Below are positions 19,840 to 29,975 of a DNA stretch of 64,000 nucleotides, piece by piece. The position numbers and the translations under genes are program-made. The notes under the pieces are model-generated. The model made no database searches and was not told the origin of the DNA. It was given only the letters and a program-made list of their open reading frames with translations. Position 1 is the stretch's first letter; every line of letters begins with the position of its first letter. The stretch is from NCBI GenBank assembly GCA_048886685.1, contig JBHLKM010000005.1:42958-106957 (forward strand), read 5' to 3'. The DNA is from Candidatus Hodarchaeota archaeon. GTDB taxonomy: Archaea > Asgardarchaeota > Lokiarchaeia > Sigyniarchaeales > SOKP01.

Positions 19840-20877
19840 TTGGATGGCGTTATTAACCTAAAACTAATAGTACTTGGAGAAGGAGAAGTAGGAAAATCAT
19901 CTATAATAAAAACGTTTTTAGGAGAAGCAATTTCTGAGAGATATATGCCTACAATTGGGAGTGTCACGTATAGAAAAGAATATTCATTAAAAGAAATATC
20001 AAAAATTATTAGGTTGACTATCTGGGATCTTGGGGGACAAAAATCCTTCAATCCTTATAATCCCGTTCATTACGCTAATGCGGATTTAGCTATTTTAGTT
20101 TTTGATTTAACCAAATCAGAAAACACATTGAAGAATCTTAAAAAAGAATTCGAGGAAAAAATGAGTAAATCAACGGAAGAATGTATATCTATCTTTGTCG
20201 GAAATAAGTTGGACATATTTGAACTAGGTAAAAAACTTAAAAACACTCTCCAAAATTTTTTTAATGATCGAGATCATTTTATTTTACTTTCTGCTAAAAC
20301 TGGCGAGAATATTGAAGAATGTTTTGAACTTTTGATTTTTACATATCTACAGAGAGCAGAATTATTAACTCCTGATCTCGTTCAAGAAAACTCAGCGAAT
20401 GAGTTTTTAAAATCAATAGGGAAGGATGAGAAGTCTTTAAAAAGTAAAATACTAAATTTAAATTCTATTAATTCTGCTTTAAATAAACATAAGTCAATAC
20501 CTAAAGCCACAGCAGAAGATTCCACCGAAGATAAATCAAGTGAATTAAAGTATCAAGAATTTATTCAACAAGAATTAAGTAAAGTTGGAGATCAGAAAGA
20601 AAATGTACTTGATCAGTTTTTAATAAATTTATCTGAATTAGAAAAGGCATTGACTCACATAAAGAAATCTCATATCAAGTCGGTTGATGAGGTGGTTGAT
20701 AACTTACAAAGTTTATTAATAACCTCAAAAATAGATTTTGAAAAAAATCTTGAATTAATCCAAAAATTAAATAGAGAAGAGAATGAATTAATGATCATCA
20801 GCTCTAAACTTGAAAACGAAATTCAAGAAGCCAATAATAAGGATCCAAATTATCAAAAAAGGATATATAATGTTTAA
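19840..20877 (+). CDS. Rab/Ras-like small GTPase with C-terminal helical/coiled-coil extension
   Basis: G1 GEGEVGKS, G2 YMPTIG, G3 WDLGGQ, G4 NKLD, G5 SAK. Confidence 0.9.
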   Translation: MDGVINLKLIVLGEGEVGKSSIIKTFLGEAISERYMPTIGSVTYRKEYSLKEISKIIRLTIWDLGGQKSFNPYNPVHYANADLAILVFDLTKSENTLKNLKKEFEEKMSKSTEECISIFVGNKLDIFELGKKLKNTLQNFFNDRDHFILLSAKTGENIEECFELLIFTYLQRAELLTPDLVQENSANEFLKSIGKDEKSLKSKILNLNSINSALNKHKSIPKATAEDSTEDKSSELKYQEFIQQELSKVGDQKENVLDQFLINLSELEKALTHIKKSHIKSVDEVVDNLQSLLITSKIDFEKNLELIQKLNREENELMIISSKLENEIQEANNKDPNYQKRIYNV

Positions 20878-20887
20878 TAAAAGGTAG

Positions 20888-21841
20888 GTGATTAAAATTT
20901 CAAGTACCGAACAAGCTTCAATAAAAGAATTACAGAATTTAAGAGAACAATTAAAAAAAATTGATCAGAGATTGAATCAACAGATAAAATCAATAGATCA
21001 GAAAACTCTAGATCACATGAATAAATCTGAAAAGAAATTAACAGAGCAAATATACAAAATAGAAAAGAGCCTAGTCGATCAAATGAAGAAAATGGGACAG
21101 AAAATTGAAGATAACGTCAATAAACTTGATCAAAGTATGACTAACCAAATAAACAAACAAGATGAAGATTTAAATGAAAAACTTAATAAACTTGAGAAGA
21201 GTTTGGATGAGCAAGTTAATAATATTAATAAAAAAATTGAAAATATTACTAATATTTATGATCAGGAGTTAGAAGATAAATATAATAATCTCAATAATAA
21301 AATGGAAGGAATTAACAATACGTTAATTGAAGAATTGAAAGGTGCATCTGACAGATTCGATAAAAATCTTAATAGTCAAATCACAAATGTTGAAGATAAA
21401 ATAAAGATTATAATTGATAGTATAAAAGCAGTCAACAATGATTTTTCTCTAAAATTTCAGAGATTACAGGAAGAATTTGAAACAAAGGAAGAAGTTCTAC
21501 TTGATATGTTAAAGAAATTCGAAGATGAAACTAATGAATTTAAAAATAACCTTAAACCAGAGTTAGAACATCTTAAAAGTCAACAAGATTTGGTCAAAAT
21601 AACAATGGATATACTTAAGAAACAAATTTTTGAGAACGCTAAAGAATGGATTAATGATGAGATAAAACTAGCATGTAAAAATAAAGAAAGAGAAATCTTA
21701 ATGAATTTATGGATTGATGAGTTAAAAGACATAATAGAGGATTTGGATAAATTAAAAGAAACAAATCCTAAAGAATTAAAAATTCATATTAATGAAATTT
21801 CAGCTACTATTGAATCATTTCGACATAAATTTGTTAAATAA
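20888..21841 (+). CDS. Long coiled-coil/amphipathic-repeat protein
   Basis: About 11-residue periodicity (KKIDQRLNQQI/KSIDQKTLDHM/NKSEKKLTEQI/YKIEKSLVDQM); starts 10 nt after the GTPase stop. Confidence 0.7.
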   Translation: MIKISSTEQASIKELQNLREQLKKIDQRLNQQIKSIDQKTLDHMNKSEKKLTEQIYKIEKSLVDQMKKMGQKIEDNVNKLDQSMTNQINKQDEDLNEKLNKLEKSLDEQVNNINKKIENITNIYDQELEDKYNNLNNKMEGINNTLIEELKGASDRFDKNLNSQITNVEDKIKIIIDSIKAVNNDFSLKFQRLQEEFETKEEVLLDMLKKFEDETNEFKNNLKPELEHLKSQQDLVKITMDILKKQIFENAKEWINDEIKLACKNKEREILMNLWIDELKDIIEDLDKLKETNPKELKIHINEISATIESFRHKFVK

Positions 21842-21943
21842 AATAATATTTCTCCTTCTTTTTATTAGATTTTCTAAGGGTAGTAAAAACCAAAATTTAC
21901 TCATAACACATACCTAATTTTATAACCTTTAGAATTTAATATA

Positions 21944-22951
21944 TTGAATAATAAATTTAGAAAAAATTTAATACAAGGATTGATATTAAAAATGACTCCA
22001 GATATTATTTCCCTTGGAGAATTGTTAGTTGAAATTATGCGAACAGAATTGAATACACCACATGGAGTAACTGGTGCTGATTATCGGGGTCCATTTCCTA
22101 GTGGAGCACCCGCAATTTTTATCGACTCCGCCAGTCGCATGGGAAAACCATTCGGTTTTACTACAGGATTTATTGGTGTTGTAGGAAATGATGAATTTGG
22201 AGCTACCATAATTGAAAAGTTGGAAAAAGATGGCGTAGATGTATCTCAAATTAGAATTTCTGATACTGAGACTACAGGTATTGCTTTTAATCAATATAAT
22301 TCAGACAGTTCTCGGAAATTTATATTCGCACCGGGTGCTGCTGGTAAAACCACTTCTTCTGATATAAGAAATTTTTACTTCGAAGGTATAAAATGCTTAC
22401 ATATTATGGGAAGTGCTCTTTCAATTAGTAAAAATTCACGTAAGGCGTGTTATAAGGCAATAAAAATAGCAAAAAAGAAAAATCCTAATGTTTTAATTTC
22501 TTTTGATCCTAATTTAAGGCCGGAATTACTCGATTTAGAGGTTATACTTAAAATTTGCAGGCCTGTTTTAGAAACAACAGAAATTTTACTTCCAAGTGGG
22601 GAAGAAGCTGAAATGTTGGCAGGAATTAATGGTCCAATTGAAGCTTGTAAAAAATTGCTAGAAAAAGGTCCAAAAATCATAGTATTGAAACAAGGGAAAA
22701 GAGGATGTAAGATCTTTACGATAGATAATCCAAATGGTACTAATATAGAAGGATTCAAAGTTCATGAAGTGGATCCAACTGGAGCAGGGGATTCGTTTGG
22801 TGGTGCGTTTGTTGTAGGTTATTTAGGTGGATGGGATTTGAATAAGACAGCTAAATTTGCAAATATTGTAGGAGCACTGAAGGTAAAACATTTTGGACCT
22901 ATGTCAGATATAACCTATGAAGAAGTTATTGAATTAATGGAGAAAATTTGA
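21944..22951 (+). CDS. PfkB-family sugar kinase
   Basis: LGELLVE, SGAPA, G.VG.DEFG, FDPNLRP, VDPTGAGDSFGG; start probably MTPD (21992). Confidence 0.92.
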   Translation: MNNKFRKNLIQGLILKMTPDIISLGELLVEIMRTELNTPHGVTGADYRGPFPSGAPAIFIDSASRMGKPFGFTTGFIGVVGNDEFGATIIEKLEKDGVDVSQIRISDTETTGIAFNQYNSDSSRKFIFAPGAAGKTTSSDIRNFYFEGIKCLHIMGSALSISKNSRKACYKAIKIAKKKNPNVLISFDPNLRPELLDLEVILKICRPVLETTEILLPSGEEAEMLAGINGPIEACKKLLEKGPKIIVLKQGKRGCKIFTIDNPNGTNIEGFKVHEVDPTGAGDSFGGAFVVGYLGGWDLNKTAKFANIVGALKVKHFGPMSDITYEEVIELMEKI

Positions 22952-23515
22952 ATTTAATGTAAATGCGAGTTATATAAAACTTATATTTAAAAGACATATT
23001 AAATTTTGTGAATGATTAGAATCAAAAAATCTTAAATTATATCTCTATTTTTAATTTAATAAAAAGATCATCATGATCTTTATGTTTTGACCGGAAATGA
23101 AACAGTTTTAGTATTTTTTTTAAAAATAAGCAAATTTAGGAGTGGTACTGAATCTGTTTTGATGCGAATATCAGATAAAAATTTATCGTTATTATGCAAT
23201 CCCACCAAAAGACTTTAATAATACCACTTTGGAAAGATTTCAAACAAAAATTAAAATTAGTGCCTATTTAAACTTTTTTGTTGCCTCAGTGATTTTCCAG
23301 AGATATAAAAGAGAAAAGATTAAAATTTAAATATATGAATTAAGTATATTTCATAAGATACTTATTAGTATTAGATGTAGAAAAAATGATCGATTATTTA
23401 AATCGACACATATTTAAGCAAATTTGCAGTTGCAATAATTAAATTTTATAATTACTAATTCTAATTCTATATGAGGTAAAGATATTTTAAATCCAATATT
23501 CAGAAACGTGAAATA

Positions 23516-24970
23516 ATGACTAACGAATTGAATGGTGAAGAAAAAGAAACTAAGTCAGACAAGGAAATTGAGAAGATAGATAAGGAATTTTTGTCTAAAG
23601 CTAAAAATTCCAGAGATATGATAGATAAAAAATTGAGAACTTTTGAAGATAGTATAGAAAATATCTCAGAAACAATTACTGAAACAGAAGAACAAAAAGA
23701 AAAAAGCAAAAAAGAAGTAGAGGAAATTAGTGAAGAGGTAAAAGAAGCACAAATACAGCTTGATACAATCTCAAAGAAAATTAACGATAAAGAAGAATAT
23801 CTAACAGCTATTGAAGAAACAATATCTACTCTTGAAGAGAAGTATAATCGAAAAACAGAAGAAATGAAAAATCTGGAAGAACGACTCGAAATTATTAAAG
23901 AGAGTAAAGAAAATCTAGAAGACGAATATAAAGAACTCTTAAGAAATAACGAGCAATTAGTTAAGACATATGAAAGTAGGCAAGTTGATTTAATTGTTCT
24001 CACTGACTCTGTAAAAGAGAAAGTTACATCTCAGGATGAACTAAGAAATAAAATCTCAAAACTGAACCAAGAAATATTGGAAAAAGAAGCAAAAATAGAG
24101 AAACAAAGGGAAGAATCAGAGGCTCTGGAGAAAAAAATAAAAAGTCAGAGTGCTGAAAACGAGACTTTAAGATTTTACCTTAATAAAAATAAGGTTGAAT
24201 TAGAACACTCTAATTCCGAAATTGAGGCAAAAGAAGAGGAAAGGAAACTTCTAACAGAACAAATTGAAAAAAAGGAATTAAAGATAAAGGAAATAGAACA
24301 AAGGATCGAAGAATATCATGACGGTTTTCCTGAAATGGAAAAACAAAGAGAAACATATGAGGAACTTCTTGCTAAGTATAAAGTTCAGCTCACAGATAAG
24401 CAACAGCAGTTAATTGATATGGAATCTCGAATTCAAGAGCTAAAAGAAACGGCCGAATCCTTAGATGATCAGTTAATTACCAAACGAAATTTAATTGATG
24501 CTAATGAAAAAAGAATTGAAGATTTAAAACAAGATATAGAAACGTCAAATACAGAATACCTTGAGAGAGAAGAACGCCTCGATGCTATAACCGAGAAATT
24601 AACGCGTATGGAATTAGATCATGATAAATTAAAAAAAGCTAAAGAAGCAATTGAGAATAGTACAAATGACTCTCGAATTATACTTCAGCAATTGAAAGAA
24701 GAATTAGAAAATCAAGAAAAGGAAATTAGAGATAAAGAAAGTCGTATTCACAGACTAGAAATATTATCTGCGATATATAGAGCTTCAAAATTCTTCGGCG
24801 GAATTTTAATAGGTGCGGGAGTATTCTTTATAATTTGGGCCATAGGAATATTTTTTAATACTATAGATTTAGGGGACGTAAATGTAAATACATTTTTAAT
24901 GGTTATATTCCTGTTAATTGGGGCTATTTTGTCAATTATTTCTGGAATATTCCATCTTGAGAAATCTTAA
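23516..24970 (+). CDS. Long coiled-coil protein with two C-terminal TM helices
   Basis: About 420 aa of E/K-rich heptads followed by two hydrophobic segments; no ATPase motifs. Confidence 0.75.
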   Translation: MTNELNGEEKETKSDKEIEKIDKEFLSKAKNSRDMIDKKLRTFEDSIENISETITETEEQKEKSKKEVEEISEEVKEAQIQLDTISKKINDKEEYLTAIEETISTLEEKYNRKTEEMKNLEERLEIIKESKENLEDEYKELLRNNEQLVKTYESRQVDLIVLTDSVKEKVTSQDELRNKISKLNQEILEKEAKIEKQREESEALEKKIKSQSAENETLRFYLNKNKVELEHSNSEIEAKEEERKLLTEQIEKKELKIKEIEQRIEEYHDGFPEMEKQRETYEELLAKYKVQLTDKQQQLIDMESRIQELKETAESLDDQLITKRNLIDANEKRIEDLKQDIETSNTEYLEREERLDAITEKLTRMELDHDKLKKAKEAIENSTNDSRIILQQLKEELENQEKEIRDKESRIHRLEILSAIYRASKFFGGILIGAGVFFIIWAIGIFFNTIDLGDVNVNTFLMVIFLLIGAILSIISGIFHLEKS

Positions 24971-25051
24971 ATTAGCCTTATACTAATTACAAAAATTAAT
25001 TAAAAAACATTTGAAATTCAAAATAATTATTACTTTTTTAAGGATTTAGGC

Positions 25052-26932
25052 TTGACTGAAAGAGAACAAGAAGTAATTGTCCCTAAAAGAACGATTAAGT
25101 TATCTTCAGGAATCCTTTATGGAATTGGGTGTGGTATTGGAGGCTCAGTTTTTATATTATTAGGTACAGCCATTGGACAAGCAAGATCAGGTGTCTTTAT
25201 TAGTTTAATCTTAGGCGGAGTATTGATTTTCTTCACTGCCTTAAATTATAGTGAATTATCAACGAGTTTACCTATTTCTGGAGGTGCCTATAACTTTAGC
25301 AAGGAAGCATTGGGGGGTTTTTTAGCATTTATAATAGGTTTTTTCTTATGGATTGCCAATATTGCCACTTTCTCTTTTTCTGCTCAAGCTTTTGTAGTCG
25401 TCATTGAAGCTTTTTTTCCAGTCCCCATTATTAAAAATTTATTCATTCTTATAGCATTAGTATCAATATTACTTACTGCTATAGTTGTTTTTAGAACTCA
25501 AAAATTAGCCCTAAGGACATTAATTTCTTTAACAATTATTTTATTAATTATTTTTGGTATTTTTATCATATCGGGGTTATTAATTGCTCCTATTACGAAT
25601 ACATCAAATTTCAATATAGATTTTCTCACATCAGACACAAACTTTCTTAGTGTAATTCTTATGTTCCCATTCTTGTTTATTTTTTTTACTAGTATCACTT
25701 CAAATTTAGCATATTTAAATGCTGATCTAAAGAATCCTTCAAAAAATATCCCAAAAACAAATATTTTTGCTATACTGTTTACACTTTTAATTTATCTATT
25801 AATAACGACAGTATCTATGATCAATATTGGTAATAATCCAGATGAATCACCAATTTTTTTGGCGTTAATCCTAAATGATGTATTAGGATTTTCAGGCTAT
25901 TTATTAATGGGTATAGCGGCCACAATCGCGACTTTTATTGCAATGAACGTAGCTTTAGGATCAGCAGTAAGTGTAATGCACGCATTAACCAGAGATCACT
26001 ATATTTCACAGAAACTCTTGAAAGTAAATAAAAAAACAAATGTCCCCACATACATATTAATAATTACAACGGGAATTGCAATATTGTTTACAATTTTGGC
26101 AATAATTTTTGCTAATGTAGGCTTTACGGCGAATATTACAACTTTTATTTATTTTTTTGGATTAGCCTTCGTAAATTTTGCTGCAGTTAACCTTAGATAC
26201 AAAAGAAAAGAATTGGATCGTCCATTTAAGGCACCATTTTTTCCTTATCTGCCATTAATCGTTGGTTCCAGCTGTTTAATCTTCGCTTTTGCGTTAAATA
26301 TTAATGCTGTTCTTTTAGGTCTAGTTATTTTCGTTATTGGGATTACATATTACTTATTGACCATTGCAGACCGATATTCGATAGTCTTTACATTAGCAGG
26401 TTTGAAATTTTTTGCACTCATTCTTGTCGGAATTTTTATCTGGGTTTTAAACAATTTAAGTATAATTTCTTCTCCCATACCTGGATTTGTTAATACTTTT
26501 TCTTTTATATTACTCCGTATCTTAATTTTCTTTTGCATTTTTTCAATTGGTACGATTTTTTTTGATATTTTTCCTCTTAAAGAATTAGTTTATTTCTTTA
26601 TAAAAAAAGTTAACAAGAAGGAAGTAGCAATTGATATTGGAATTGGAACTATTATTGAATTGAAAAAAATTAAAGCAAAAAGCATCTATTATACTAATAT
26701 AATAATTAGCACTGTTCAAATGGCATCTTCTTTATATATTTTTTCTTTAATAACTTTATTTAATTTAGAGTTAATTTCAATAGAGAATATCACCTTTGGG
26801 AGTACCATTATTCCACAAAAAACAGCCGAATTTCTATTCATCTCATTTTTATTGTTTTTTGGGACAACTTTGTTATTTGGGGGCATTATTAGTTTGTATT
26901 TAAATCGAGAAACAAAAACTCTAGGAATTTAA
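25052..26932 (+). CDS. APC-family amino acid permease with extra C-terminal TM segments
   Basis: GCGIGGSVF, YSELSTSLPISGGAY, KNPSKNIP, RPFKAPFFPYLP. Confidence 0.88.
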   Translation: MTEREQEVIVPKRTIKLSSGILYGIGCGIGGSVFILLGTAIGQARSGVFISLILGGVLIFFTALNYSELSTSLPISGGAYNFSKEALGGFLAFIIGFFLWIANIATFSFSAQAFVVVIEAFFPVPIIKNLFILIALVSILLTAIVVFRTQKLALRTLISLTIILLIIFGIFIISGLLIAPITNTSNFNIDFLTSDTNFLSVILMFPFLFIFFTSITSNLAYLNADLKNPSKNIPKTNIFAILFTLLIYLLITTVSMINIGNNPDESPIFLALILNDVLGFSGYLLMGIAATIATFIAMNVALGSAVSVMHALTRDHYISQKLLKVNKKTNVPTYILIITTGIAILFTILAIIFANVGFTANITTFIYFFGLAFVNFAAVNLRYKRKELDRPFKAPFFPYLPLIVGSSCLIFAFALNINAVLLGLVIFVIGITYYLLTIADRYSIVFTLAGLKFFALILVGIFIWVLNNLSIISSPIPGFVNTFSFILLRILIFFCIFSIGTIFFDIFPLKELVYFFIKKVNKKEVAIDIGIGTIIELKKIKAKSIYYTNIIISTVQMASSLYIFSLITLFNLELISIENITFGSTIIPQKTAEFLFISFLLFFGTTLLFGGIISLYLNRETKTLGI

Positions 26933-26970
26933 ATGATTTTTTAATCCATTCCACATAAGAGAAATTATAT

Positions 26971-27738
26971 ATGACAATATCTTTCCCTCGAATGAATCTT
27001 CATATTCATTCAAATTTCTCTGATGGTAAAAATAGCATTAAACAAATTGTTCAAAGTGCTTTAAAAATGAATTTAGATTTCATTGCAATAACAGATCATT
27101 ATACAGATTCATGGAAGGAATGGGTTTCTAAGTTAAAAGATGAACAAAAAATTTCAGAATATTTAACAGAAATAACGTTATATCAGAATTATTTAAGAAA
27201 CAACCAAAAAAAATTAACTGTTTTTAAAGGTCTTGAAATAGACCTCGCCAGTTCTGACGCCTTTATTAAAAAGATCAAACCGGATAAATTTAACTTGATC
27301 TTATTTGAATATCTTCAGACTGTAGAGGGAATCGCATTTGTAAAAAATTTAATCAATTTCTGGCTGCGAAAATTGAAAAATGAGAGCAACTTCCCTATTT
27401 TAGGATTAGCACATTTCGATCCTTCATATTTCATTTATGATAATCTTGATATTCTGGTTTCATTTCTCAAAGAATACAATATTTATTTTGAATTCAACTC
27501 AAGTTATTCGAATTTCTATTCTCAAAAAAATCAGGTGTTCTTCGATATATTAAGAGAACTAAATATTCCTGTAGCCATAGGATGTGACTCTCATAGTATA
27601 AAGAGTTTAAATAATATAGAAGAACCACTTAAAGTAATTGATTATTATAATCTAGAAAACAATTTTAAGATTCTGATAAATTTGCTGAAAAAGAAATCTC
27701 ACCTTGATTTCGGCTATAATAACCAAGGAAATATTTAA
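26971..27738 (+). CDS. PHP-domain phosphoesterase
   Basis: NLHIHSNFSDG, AITDH, GLEID, LAH, GCDSH. Confidence 0.88.
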   Translation: MTISFPRMNLHIHSNFSDGKNSIKQIVQSALKMNLDFIAITDHYTDSWKEWVSKLKDEQKISEYLTEITLYQNYLRNNQKKLTVFKGLEIDLASSDAFIKKIKPDKFNLILFEYLQTVEGIAFVKNLINFWLRKLKNESNFPILGLAHFDPSYFIYDNLDILVSFLKEYNIYFEFNSSYSNFYSQKNQVFFDILRELNIPVAIGCDSHSIKSLNNIEEPLKVIDYYNLENNFKILINLLKKKSHLDFGYNNQGNI

Positions 27739-28102
27739 ATGCTTTTTCAAAGGAAATATCAATCAAAATTTCATTTTTTTCTTTAGGATCTGACACCATA
27801 TTCTTTACCATTTTTTTACCTATGCTAAAGATTTCTTTTACTGCATTTAATCTTTTTCCTACTGGCATACCTGATATCGCAGTGATACTACAGTTATTTC
27901 TAGTTTCCCATTCTTTTAATGCTTTTAATGCTGTAACTTTCATTGCCAAAACGGGTATGTTTATAAAATCACAGATAATTTTAGTTATTCCCATAATTAA
28001 CTTTGATTGTACTTCTGAGCATTTATCTTTTTGATAATCTCGTTCAATATTCTTAAGCGCTACTTCATCAAAATTTATGGTATATAAGAAAATAATTCTC
28101 AA
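27665..28102 (-). CDS. Hypothetical protein
   Basis: 145-aa open frame with genome-like composition; 3' overlap with the PHP gene; no motif recognised. Confidence 0.5.
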   Translation of the reverse strand: MRIIFLYTINFDEVALKNIERDYQKDKCSEVQSKLIMGITKIICDFINIPVLAMKVTALKALKEWETRNNCSITAISGMPVGKRLNAVKEIFSIGKKMVKNMVSDPKEKNEILIDISFEKAFKYFLGYYSRNQGEISFSANLSES

Positions 28103-28324
28103 CCCCTACCTATAATGACTATTATATCGAATATCTGTTATTTAAACCTTTTTTGAAGTAAAATCTTTTTTAGTAAAACTCAAACAATTTACTAATATCT
28201 TGAATGATTGTTCTTATATGCTAACTTATTTATACTCCTTTATTTTCCTAATTCTAACTCATCTCAATCTTAGAATCTTAATTTTCTATTAATTTCAAAA
28301 ATCTTTTTAAATCCTCTTTATTTA

Positions 28325-29092
28325 ATGTTTTTTATGAGTTTAGAAGAAAATATTGATCTGGCAGCTAAATGGATAGCTGAATCAAAAAGTCTAGTTGTGT
28401 TTACTGGAGCGGGGTGTTCAACAGGTAGCGGAATACCAGACTTTCGTGGACCTGATGGTCTTTGGACCAGACGGGATAAAGGTTTATCTCCACCCAAACC
28501 AAAAGTGGCATGGGATAAGGCGAGTCCAAACCCTAATCATTATGCCGTAGTAGAATTAATGGAAATGGAAAAGTTAAATTATCTCATTTCTCAAAATATA
28601 GATGGATTACACGCTAAATCAGGAATTCCATTTGAAATGCTCGCTGAACTTCATGGAAATCAATTCTTTATGAAATGTTTATTATGCAATAAAAAAATGT
28701 TATTCGAGGAAGCGGGATGGGATAAAGCAAAATGGGGACGTGGAATGAGAAAGGACCCTATCCGAGAAGGTCAACCAAAATGTCCGCATTGTGGCGGAAG
28801 AATAATTAACAGCATTGTAGATTTCGGCGATCCGCTTCCCTACGACGAACTCCAAGAATCTATCGTACGATCTCAAAATTCCGACGTGTTTTTTGTAATT
28901 GGATCATCACTTGTCGTTACCCCAGCCGCCAATATGCCTGGGATTGCCAAGCAGAATGGAGCAAAATTGATTATCATAAATAAGGGAGATACTCCTTATG
29001 ATACGGTGGCAGATATAAAATTTGATGAAAAAATTGAAGACATACTCCCGCCAATAATGGAAAAAGTAAAAGAAATGATAAAAAATGAATAA
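28325..29092 (+). CDS. Sir2-family NAD-dependent deacylase (SIRT6/7 class IV-like), copy 1
   Basis: [44 protein letters not shown], GSSL. Confidence 0.92.
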   Translation: [255 protein letters not shown]

Positions 29093-29190
29093 TTTTGCTT
29101 TTTAATACTTTTATTCATTACCTTAGATTTTTTTTAATTTATTCTTAAACCTAATTATATTTTTATAATCGAGATCTTTATCTTAATATT

Positions 29191-29946
29191 ATGGATTTAG
29201 AAGAAAAAATAGACCTAGCAGCCAAATGGATAGCTGAGTCAGAAAGATTAGTTGTGTTTACTGGCGCTGGAATTTCGACAGAAAGCGGTTTACCTGACTT
29301 TCGAGGACCTGATGGATTGTGGACTAGAAGGGATAAAGGACTTCCTCCACCTAAAAGCCCCCCTTGGGATCAAGTAAAGCCAAATCCCGGACATTATGCA
29401 ATTGTTGAATTATTAAACATGGGCAAATTAGATTATCTTATATCTCAGAATGTTGATGGTCTGCATGCGAAATCTGGAATTCCATTTGAAAAACTAGCCG
29501 AACTCCATGGAAATATGTATTTTATGAAATGTTTAGGATGTGGTAAGAAGATGTTGTTTGAAGAAGTTGGTTGGGATCAAGAAATCTGGGGAAAAGGGTA
29601 TAGATCTAGCCCAATTAAGAAAGGGCAGCCTATATGTCCCGATTGTGGGGGAAGACTCATTAATAGTATTGTAAATTTTGGCGATCCTCTTCCAGAAGAT
29701 GATTTATACGAATCTATAAGAAGATCTGAAAGAAGTGATGTTTTTTTTGTAATAGGCTCTTCACTTGTGGTTGTTCCTGCCGCAAATATGCCTTTGTATG
29801 CGAAACAACATGGTGCGAAGTTAATAATTTTAAATAAAGGAGAAACACCTTATGATGGAATTACTGATTTAAGGTTTTCGGATCAAATCGGAGAGGTATT
29901 ACCACCTATTGTAGAAAAATTACAACAACTGATAAATGAAGAATAA
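29191..29946 (+). CDS. Sir2-family NAD-dependent deacylase (SIRT6/7 class IV-like), copy 2
   Basis: [47 protein letters not shown], GSSL. Confidence 0.92.
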   Translation: [251 protein letters not shown]

Positions 29947-29975
29947 AATAATTTTGAATAATCGATTGTTTACTA

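Noticed and set aside
23500-24003. 167-aa - strand ORF and the many other 60-120 aa antisense or out-of-frame ORFs in the track
   Set aside because: They are shadows of real genes on the other strand or frame and carry no motifs
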